In this document: piece after piece, positions 56,978 through 64,000 of the stretch
How the letters are laid out: every line of letters begins with the position of its first letter
Position numbering within the stretch: the stretch's first letter is position 1
Assembly (NCBI GenBank): GCA_963703315.1
Contig: OY969811.1
Coordinates: 1,024,001 to 1,088,000, forward strand
Reading direction: 5' to 3'
Source: an uncultured cyanobacterium
Lineage (GTDB): Bacteria > Cyanobacteriota > Cyanobacteriia > Pseudanabaenales > Pseudanabaenaceae
Length of the DNA stretch: 64,000 nt
Translations under genes and position numbers: made by a program
The notes under the pieces: generated by a model
Databases searched by the model: none
What the model saw: only the letters and a program-made list of their open reading frames with translations
Told to the model about the DNA's origin: nothing

Positions 56978-57208
56978 CTAAATTTGGCGGGCTTCAGGTC
57001 GAAAGTTAAAGAAAGGTGAGAGTAGCAATAGTCCGGGGAAGAAGAAAAAGGCTAGAAAGCAGAGAAACACTCTTTCCACCGAGCCTGTTTTGTACCAACG
57101 CGCCTTGAAATAAAACAACACGATCAAGGGGATCACCAGCAAGTATGTACCTGCGATCGCCGCATAAACAATAGCAGCAAGTATTGGACTAGAAAGGAGA
57201 AACGACAT
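56978..57208 (-). CDS. ndhL: NDH-1 subunit L
   Basis: YLLVIP...RWY...ERVFL.FL.FFFFPGLLLLSPFFNFRP. Confidence 0.93.
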   Translation of the reverse strand: MSFLLSSPILAAIVYAAIAGTYLLVIPLIVLFYFKARWYKTGSVERVFLCFLAFFFFPGLLLLSPFFNFRPEARQI

Positions 57209-57324
57209 ATTTCTAGATTGTTGTAGATGTATCTATCTAGCAATTGTAACAGGATCGTAATCGCAGAACCGATTTTTTGTAGCACGGCTTTGCCACACTA
57301 CAAAAAATCGGTTTTTCATTTAAA

Positions 57325-57427
57325 TAAGTAGTTGGGCATAATTAAAAACGAGACCAAAGCCCTGTAGCGAACGCTGCACTTGCACTACAGGGCTTTGGTT
57401 TTATATTTAATTGCGCTCAGTCACCTA
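57325..57427. mobile_element. Degenerate copy of the second MITE-like family
   Basis: TAAGTAGTTGGGCATAATTAAA...TTTAATTGCGCTCAGTCACCTA ends around an ACCAAAGCCCTGTAG/CTACAGGGCTTTGGT stem. Confidence 0.55.
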
Positions 57428-57504
57428 AATTGTTTGATTAATGGTTATTAGGGTGCTAATATAAGAAACGCTGAAAATTTTACCCGAATAAATTCCTAAG
57501 AACT

Positions 57505-57819
57505 GTGGCACCTCAACAACAAAAGATTCGGATTCGTCTAAAAGCTTTCGATCATCGCCTGCTAGATTCATCTTGCGAAAAAATCGTCGAAACTGCTAAT
57601 CGTACAAACGCTGCGGCTGTTGGTCCTATTCCTCTGCCAACCCGTCGTCGTATCTATTGCGTTCTCAGATCGCCCCACGTAGATAAAGACTCTCGCGAAC
57701 ATTTTGAAACCCGCACTCATAGTCGCATCATCGACATCTATCAGCCATCAGCCAAAACTATCGATGCACTCATGAAGCTAGATCTAGCAGCAGGTGTGGA
57801 CATTGAGGTTAAGCTCTAA
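57505..57819 (+). CDS. rpsJ: 30S ribosomal protein S10
   Basis: [33 protein letters not shown]. Confidence 0.98.
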   Translation: MAPQQQKIRIRLKAFDHRLLDSSCEKIVETANRTNAAAVGPIPLPTRRRIYCVLRSPHVDKDSREHFETRTHSRIIDIYQPSAKTIDALMKLDLAAGVDIEVKL

Positions 57820-57986
57820 AGTTCAAGAAATTCAAGATTTTCCAAAAGCCCAGAATTATGAAAGTGGCTAAGTAATGACTCAAGTAATCCTTTCATAACT
57901 CTGGGCTTTTATCAGACAGTACCTAAGGTCTTGCTGCAATAAAATCACTGGGGATGCGAATAAATCGCGACATTAACAGCCGATCG

Positions 57987-59072
57987 CTATAGTTCAAAAT
58001 CTGAATCTAAATCCAGATCCAAATTTTGATGCTCACTGCGACGGGACTCACGGCGATAACGCTTTTTAAGTAATCTTGGCTCTTGTTGCTTGCCATCACT
58101 AGCATCTTTAATTTTGACTGAAACATCGGCGTTGGCTGTACTTTTAAGCTTTTGCTGATAGGCGATCGCTTCTTCAAGATAGGCAAGATAATGCTCGTAA
58201 CGTTCCCAATCGCCACGTACTAAGCAATTTGGCTCGTCACGACGATGTAAACAATTATGAAAATGACAAAGATCACCTGTGGTTAATCTTTGCCTAGCTT
58301 CAGGAAAATAATCGGCTAATTCCTGCGGCATGACGGTTAGGTTTGGCTGCATAAATCCGGGGGTATCCGCAAGATAGCCGCCCGCAGGTAAAGCAAATAG
58401 TTCCACATGACGGGTGGTGTGCTTACCATGTCCTAACCGTTGCGAGACTTCACCGACACGCACTTGTAAATTGGGAATTAAGAGATTAATCAGACTAGAT
58501 TTGCCCACTCCAGACTGACCAGCAACCACAGTTACGCCAGTTTGCAAATGTTGCGCTAATTCATCAATGCCTTCTTGGGTATAGGTACTAATCGCAATTG
58601 GTGGATATCCCCAAGACTTCAGGCGATCGCACCATGCCGTCCATATTTGATCACTAACTAAATCGCGCTTATTCAGACATAGCAAAACCTCAACTTGAGT
58701 GCTTTCTGCTTTAACTAAAAAGCGGCTCAGTTGATGCGGATCGAGGGTTGGCTCAGCTAGGGCAAAAACTAATAAAATACGATCGACATTGGCAACGGTC
58801 GGGCGATCCAGTAGATTATGACGCGGAGCTACTTCAGAAATCGCACCACGTTTGCCATGCCAATCTGGTTCTTCGATAGTGACGCGATCGCCTACACAAA
58901 TTTGTTGACCGATTTTTTTGAGTCTGGCGCGTCTGGTGCAGAGCAGTTCATCAATTACTTGGCTAGTATGCTGCCCCAACTCATCCAGCAATTCTAGACG
59001 AAAAGCCCGATCCAGCCTGACCCGATAAAAGTTGGCTTGTACAGCCAAAACTGTACCTGTTAAAGCCAACAT
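57987..59072 (-). CDS. rsgA: Ribosome small subunit-dependent GTPase A
   Basis: VGDRV, NKRD, GQSGVGKSS, GKHTTRH, DTPG, CHFHNCLH...C zinc finger. Confidence 0.95.
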   Translation of the reverse strand: MLALTGTVLAVQANFYRVRLDRAFRLELLDELGQHTSQVIDELLCTRRARLKKIGQQICVGDRVTIEEPDWHGKRGAISEVAPRHNLLDRPTVANVDRILLVFALAEPTLDPHQLSRFLVKAESTQVEVLLCLNKRDLVSDQIWTAWCDRLKSWGYPPIAISTYTQEGIDELAQHLQTGVTVVAGQSGVGKSSLINLLIPNLQVRVGEVSQRLGHGKHTTRHVELFALPAGGYLADTPGFMQPNLTVMPQELADYFPEARQRLTTGDLCHFHNCLHRRDEPNCLVRGDWERYEHYLAYLEEAIAYQQKLKSTANADVSVKIKDASDGKQQEPRLLKKRYRRESRRSEHQNLDLDLDSDFEL

Positions 59073-59085
59073 AGGACGATGTACA

Positions 59086-59319
59086 TCATGCTTTTTGGAC
59101 TGTCAGAGCAAAAAAGCGATCGCGTTGCTCAATCCCTTTCACCTTATGCCCATCAGAGGTAAGGCTATTGGGAACCTGCTCAATCGGTTCACCACCATCA
59201 AGTAAAACTTCTAGCAATTGACCAGTTTCTAACTTCTCTAAATGAAGTTTGGCACGTACAAAACTAAGTGGACAGGGAACACCGCGTAAATCGACTGATT
59301 GGATAGCTTGAATGCACAT
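59086..59319 (-). CDS. TusA/SirA family sulfur carrier
   Basis: DLRGVPCPLSFVRAKL...GQLLEVLLD. Confidence 0.88.
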   Translation of the reverse strand: MCIQAIQSVDLRGVPCPLSFVRAKLHLEKLETGQLLEVLLDGGEPIEQVPNSLTSDGHKVKGIEQRDRFFALTVQKA

Positions 59320-59400
59320 ATATCTTGGTAGTATTTTCAGAAAAGAATATTATAAATTTTAAAAAGCCTTGCTTTGCAAGGCTTTTTAAATGATTAAGGC

Positions 59401-60528
59401 TTATTTTTGGTTGCCAAATATGCCGCCTAAAATATCACCGATACCACCTTTAGCAGCATTACCAAATTGCTTTTCCTTCAATTTTTCAAGGACTTCGCGC
59501 TCTTCATTACCAATCTTGGTAGGAATATCAATCTTAACTCTGATTAAATGATCGCCGCGAGCCACAGGATTGCCCAGTTTCGGCACACCCAATGATTCTA
59601 AAGTCAACACCGTATCAGGTTGTGTACCTGCGGGAATCGTGAGAGGCTTTTTACCATCAACGGTATTAATAGCGATCTTGTCACCGAGAATTGCTTGGAG
59701 ATAGCTAATTTTAATCTCCGATAAGATGTTGATGCCTTCGCGCTCAAACTCATTGTCAGCTTGGACAAAGAGATAGACATAGAGATCACCTGATGGACCA
59801 CCACGCTGTCCTGCGTCACCCTCGTTAGAGACACGCAATCTTGTACCGCTATCGACACCTGCGGGAATGGTGATCTTGAGCTTTTTGGTAACTTGATTTA
59901 GCCCTAAACCGTTACAGCTTTCGCACTTGTCCTCAATGGTTTGACCAGTACCGTTACAGGTGGGACAGGTGGAAACTTGAGTAAAACTACCAAAGGGTGT
60001 ACGAGTCGCTCGACGCACCTGACCAGTACCACTGCAAGTACCGCAAGTACGCGGTCTAGTGCCAGCTTTTGCCCCTGAGCCGCTACAAGTGCCACAGGTT
60101 TCTAAATGGGAAATTTTGATCTGCTTTTCGCCGCCAAAAACGGCTTCGCGAAATTCTAGTTTGAGATCGAAACGTAAATCTTCGCCGCGTGTGGGACCAC
60201 TACGACGACGTGCTTGCTGTTGCCCCGTGTTAGAAAAGCCACTAAAGAAGCTTTCAAAGATATCGGCAAATCCGCCCATATCACCCATATCAGGTGCGCC
60301 ACCGCCACCCGATACACCAGCTTCACCAAAGCGATCGTAACGCGCACGAGATTCTGGTTCTGAGAGAACTTCGTAAGCACGGTTAATTTCTTTAAAACGC
60401 TCATCTGCCCCCGCTTCTTTGTTGACATCGGGGTGATATTTTCGAGCTAAACGTCGATATGCTCGTTTGATTTCCTCTTTGTCAGTATTGCGCTCAACTC
60501 CAAGGATTTCGTAATAATCACGCGCCAT
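59401..60528 (-). CDS. dnaJ: Chaperone DnaJ
   Basis: J domain with HPD, G/F region, four CxxCxGxG repeats. Confidence 0.97.
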   Translation of the reverse strand: MARDYYEILGVERNTDKEEIKRAYRRLARKYHPDVNKEAGADERFKEINRAYEVLSEPESRARYDRFGEAGVSGGGGAPDMGDMGGFADIFESFFSGFSNTGQQQARRRSGPTRGEDLRFDLKLEFREAVFGGEKQIKISHLETCGTCSGSGAKAGTRPRTCGTCSGTGQVRRATRTPFGSFTQVSTCPTCNGTGQTIEDKCESCNGLGLNQVTKKLKITIPAGVDSGTRLRVSNEGDAGQRGGPSGDLYVYLFVQADNEFEREGINILSEIKISYLQAILGDKIAINTVDGKKPLTIPAGTQPDTVLTLESLGVPKLGNPVARGDHLIRVKIDIPTKIGNEEREVLEKLKEKQFGNAAKGGIGDILGGIFGNQK

Positions 60529-60696
60529 AGGGGGTTTCTCTGTCGCCTAAAGGATTCATAGACAATTATTCTAGTTTAACTAACGTAGCACTTAATCGTT
60601 AGTTCGGGTATATAAAAAGGAGTACGTTTTACCGCACATATCTCAATTTAAAGCGCAATTCAAAGCTCGGCTTTGCCGAGCCTTGAACTCAAAAAA

Positions 60697-60993
60697 CTAC
60701 GGCTTCGTCTTTACACTGATATTTCCATTTACCAGAGTTTGACAGGCTAGACGGTAATTATCAGGTTTGTTCTTGAGTTTTTTTAGCTCAAATTCTGTTT
60801 TTGGTGAAAGATTGTCTAAACCTTCGACAATTTCTACGACACAGGTAGCACATTGTCCATAACCATTACAGTTAGTGAGTTTCGCAACAAATTTATAGAT
60901 GTCGATGTTGTTTTCGAGAGCTTTGATGCGGAGGTTAGCGCCATCCATCGCGATCGCTTCCTTACCTTCATTCACAAACATAATGTTTGCCAT
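60697..60993 (-). CDS. 2Fe-2S ferredoxin-like protein
   Basis: [11 protein letters not shown] ... RLACQ. Confidence 0.9.
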   Translation of the reverse strand: MANIMFVNEGKEAIAMDGANLRIKALENNIDIYKFVAKLTNCNGYGQCATCVVEIVEGLDNLSPKTEFELKKLKNKPDNYRLACQTLVNGNISVKTKP

Positions 60994-61179
60994 AGCTACG
61001 TATTAATTCTTTGTTAATTTTTATTACTCAGTCAGTATCTTATGAAATGGGTTGCGATCGCAATAAACCCAAGAGAGAGGCACGGCGCTTTGCACCGCAC
61101 CCCTATGTTTATTAATTTGGCGATTACTGTATAGCGTTATGGGAGCATGAGATATGCTCATCTATTAAAATAATTATTT

Positions 61180-62250
61180 ATGGCTATAATTCCTTCACCT
61201 TCAGACATTAAATCTCTTGCTGATGATTTGCATAAGCTGGTTGATAATCTTGAATCGACCGAGCATGGAGAGTTTATTTATAGTGCTTTAAAAGCGATCG
61301 CCCAACTTAGTCAGACCAAGGCTGAGCGTCTTGACTGGAAAATTCTATCGGGTTCTTTGCAGGATATGCAAAAAGCGATCGCCATGTTCTATCCCTATCG
61401 CTTTAATCGCAAGGTGAGTATTTTTGGATCAGCCCGTACCCATGCGGATGCGCCCGAATATCGTCAAGCCTTTGAATTTGCAGAGCAAATTACCAAGCGG
61501 GGGTTTATGGTGATTACTGGCGCTGGTGGGGGCATCATGGCGGCAGGCAACGAGGGGGCAGAAAAAAATTCCTTTGGTTTAAATATCAGTTTGCCGTTTG
61601 AACAAGCTAGTAATGGCTTTGTGCCTGAAGATTCACGCTTAGTCAAGTTTCGCTATTTCTTTACGCGCAAATTGTATTTTGTGAAAGAAAGTGATGCGAT
61701 CGCTTTATTTCCAGGGGGATTTGGTACACAGGATGAATTTTTTGAATGTTTAACTCTCTGTCAAACAGGAAGAACAACGCCGCGCCCAATGGTGTTAATG
61801 GATAAAAAGGGTGGTGATTATTGGAAGCAATGGGATACTTTTGTCCAGCAGCAATTGATTGAGAGGGGACTAATTGTCAAAGAGGATCGCAGTCTTTACA
61901 AAATTACTGACGATATTGATGAAGCTTGTCAATATATTTCTTCGTTTTATAGTGTTTACCATTCTTGTCGATGGGTTGGCGACTTGTTTGTAATTCGCTT
62001 AAACTTTGCTATTACCGATGAGCATCTTGATCGCCTCAATGATAACTTCAGTGATATTTTGGTCAAGGGTAAGATTGAGCTTAGTCAGGCTTTACCCAAG
62101 GAATCCAATGAGCCACATATTATTAATTTACCGCGTTTAAGAATGCACTTTAATCAGCATGGTTTTGGGCGTTTGCAAGAGTTGATTTCGGCAATTAATG
62201 ACACTTGTGATAGCGGTAATCCTCTAATTTGTCATCCTGAACAACGCTAA
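61180..62250 (+). CDS. LOG family protein
   Basis: IFGSART, TGAGGGIM, YFFTRK, PGGFGTQDE. Confidence 0.9.
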   Translation: MAIIPSPSDIKSLADDLHKLVDNLESTEHGEFIYSALKAIAQLSQTKAERLDWKILSGSLQDMQKAIAMFYPYRFNRKVSIFGSARTHADAPEYRQAFEFAEQITKRGFMVITGAGGGIMAAGNEGAEKNSFGLNISLPFEQASNGFVPEDSRLVKFRYFFTRKLYFVKESDAIALFPGGFGTQDEFFECLTLCQTGRTTPRPMVLMDKKGGDYWKQWDTFVQQQLIERGLIVKEDRSLYKITDDIDEACQYISSFYSVYHSCRWVGDLFVIRLNFAITDEHLDRLNDNFSDILVKGKIELSQALPKESNEPHIINLPRLRMHFNQHGFGRLQELISAINDTCDSGNPLICHPEQR

Positions 62251-62339
62251 AACCAGAAAGAGAGTTGCGGCGCGGAGCGCCGCAACTCTCTTTCTGGTTT
62301 TATGTTCTAAGCAAACTAAGCAAAACTTTTTTTGCTATA
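62249..62339. mobile_element. One-ended MITE-like hairpin element between convergent genes
   Basis: AAAACCAGAAAGAGAGTTGCGGCGC-GGA-GCGCCGCAACTCTCTTTCTGGTTTT plus right end CTAAGCAAAACTTTTTTTGCTATA, as in the 2843 copy. Confidence 0.7.
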
Positions 62340-62343
62340 TTTT

Positions 62344-63288
62344 TTATTCCACACGATAACCAAGATCTGATAATTGGAACCTTGACGATCGCCATTTGGG
62401 TTGGACTTTAACAAACATTTCCAAATGGACAGAACCCATAATCATCTTCTGCATTTGTAGTCTTGCCTGAGTGCCAATCTCCTTGAGCATTTGCCCTTTC
62501 TTTCCAATCAAAATCCCCTTTTGGGAATCTCGTTCCACATGAATTGTTGCCATTACCCTTGTGATTTTAGGCTGTTCGTCTACTTGATCAATACTGATTG
62601 CTACAGAATGCGGAATTTCTTCACGGGTAAGTAAGAGAATCTGTTCACGAATTAGCTCGCCCATGATGAATCGCTCAGGTTGATCGGTAACTAGATCGGG
62701 CGGATAGTAATATGGACCAGGGGGTAAGCGATCGCACATCATTGTCTGCAAAGCCTCTAATCCTTCACCTGTGACCGATGAAAACTTGGCAACCTGCCAA
62801 CCATGTTCTTCGGCAAAACTTTCATAACCAGTAAAGGTATCGCCCGAATCATCACTAAGGATATCGATTTTATTAATGCCTAAAATTGTCGGAACTTTGC
62901 TTTGCAAAATTGTTTCGGCAACAAAGCGATCGCCTGTTCCCATGCGATCGCTGCCATCAACCAGCAAAACGGTCAAATCAACCGAAGAAATCGCACCGAT
63001 CGCATTTTTGACAATCGTTTGACCAAGTAAATGATGCGGCTTGTGAATTCCTGGGGTGTCTACAAGAACGATTTGGGCTTCTGGCAATGTCAAGATCCCC
63101 CGTAAACGATTGCGCGTAGTTTGGGCAACGGGCGAAGTAATCGCAATTTTCTGACCAATAAGAGCATTGAGCAATGTTGACTTCCCTACATTGGGTCGTC
63201 CAACTAATGCCACAAAGCCCGATTTAAAACCTTCACCCGATTCTGGAATCATGATTATTTGCGATCGCTGTATTGAGATAGGAAACAA
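62344..63288 (-). CDS. era: GTPase Era
   Basis: GRPNVGKSTL, QTTR, DTPG, NKID, KH domain SQKGILIGKKG. Confidence 0.96.
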   Translation of the reverse strand: MFPISIQRSQIIMIPESGEGFKSGFVALVGRPNVGKSTLLNALIGQKIAITSPVAQTTRNRLRGILTLPEAQIVLVDTPGIHKPHHLLGQTIVKNAIGAISSVDLTVLLVDGSDRMGTGDRFVAETILQSKVPTILGINKIDILSDDSGDTFTGYESFAEEHGWQVAKFSSVTGEGLEALQTMMCDRLPPGPYYYPPDLVTDQPERFIMGELIREQILLLTREEIPHSVAISIDQVDEQPKITRVMATIHVERDSQKGILIGKKGQMLKEIGTQARLQMQKMIMGSVHLEMFVKVQPKWRSSRFQLSDLGYRVE

Positions 63289-63408
63289 TTATACCCTGCT
63301 ATAAATGTGGACAATAGCAAAGGATTTTGGGCAACTGGCAAGCTCAAGCGTGACGTATGTGGGGCTTGTTTCTCGGCATAGGATGGTCATTGCCACACCC
63401 ATCACTCT

Positions 63409-63966
63409 TTAACTGTCCAATGTCACCTCTAGCCATTTATCGATCAGTCCCTTGGGAGGGGTAACTTCAATTCTTTTTTGCTTGATATCCACAAAAGGAA
63501 CGATCGCTTCGACAAAGGGAATTAACTCGATTTCTTCATTTTGGGAATTGCGAACTTCTAGCAAGTCATTTCCTGCGGCGATGATGCTAATTACTTCACC
63601 CAAGAGATTGCCTGTCGGTTGATGATAGACATTACAACCTACTAAATCAGCAATCATGTACTCATTAGGTTCTAGATAAGGGCGATCGCTGGTTGGGATC
63701 ATCAGTACATAATTACGCAAGGATTCTGCGCGATCGCAATCATTAACACCTTCTAGGCGGACTACAAAGAGATTCTTTTTGCCTGCGACTTCACGTCCAG
63801 ATAACATCATTATTTCCTGCGGTTCCGCTTTTTCTGATGCCGCAATCCAACGCTTACCCGCATTCTCAAATCGCTCAGGGAAATCCGAATAGGATAAAAC
63901 TCTAACTTCACCTTTTAGTCCTTGCGGTGAAACAATTTTGCCAATTACTAACCAATCTTCTGTCAT
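63409..63966 (-). CDS. rimM: 16S rRNA processing protein RimM
   Basis: IGKIVSPQGLKGEV, DLVGC, GNDLLEV, IPFV, PPKGL. Confidence 0.95.
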   Translation of the reverse strand: MTEDWLVIGKIVSPQGLKGEVRVLSYSDFPERFENAGKRWIAASEKAEPQEIMMLSGREVAGKKNLFVVRLEGVNDCDRAESLRNYVLMIPTSDRPYLEPNEYMIADLVGCNVYHQPTGNLLGEVISIIAAGNDLLEVRNSQNEEIELIPFVEAIVPFVDIKQKRIEVTPPKGLIDKWLEVTLDS

Positions 63967-63976
63967 AAATTTTCCT

Positions 63977-64000
63977 TATAGCTGTCGCCAGTCTTGTTAG
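63977..64000. mobile_element. Left end of another IS630/MITE-type element (truncated by the window edge)
   Basis: TA + TAGCTGTCGCCAGTCTTGTTAG resembles the IS630 TIR TAGCTATAGCCAGTCAAGTTAG. Confidence 0.55.

Noticed and set aside
1..64000. HIP1 (GCGATCGC) abundance as a novelty
   Set aside because: It is a well-known cyanobacterial feature; it is used here only as a marker of native vs foreign DNA and of junctions.

Overview
Cyanobacterial chromosomal window, inferred from dense HIP1 GCGATCGC octamers and the genes pcyA, chlI, ndhF and ndhL; it is probably Pseudanabaena-like (inference only). Most of it is housekeeping: thiL, argC, pnp, polA, gatB, purB, rpsJ, dnaJ, era, rimM and tRNA-Ser(CGA). 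Three accessory patches interrupt this backbone. (1) 23.5-26.7 kb: an AAA-ATPase/partner pair, an orphan Phd antitoxin and a degenerate two-repeat CRISPR-like mini-array. (2) 33.9-42.7 kb: a co-oriented defence island of about a dozen toxin-antitoxin-type genes, an IS630 and an NB-ARC-TPR NLR. (3) 50-56.6 kb: a type IIG-like methyltransferase with a TA cassette and a second, degenerate R-M-like gene. The best candidate for a new system is in island 2. The NLR N-terminus carries two different short motifs in tandem. One matches the C-terminus of an upstream Bell/HeLo-like small protein (13/23 identical). The other resembles the C-terminus of an unannotated 50-codon ORF. This looks like a two-channel amyloid-signalling immune module. 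A 111-bp hairpin MITE that shares the IS630's terminal inverted repeats has also split a RelE/YafQ-like toxin gene at a TA site. Family names come from motif recognition by eye; no searches were run.
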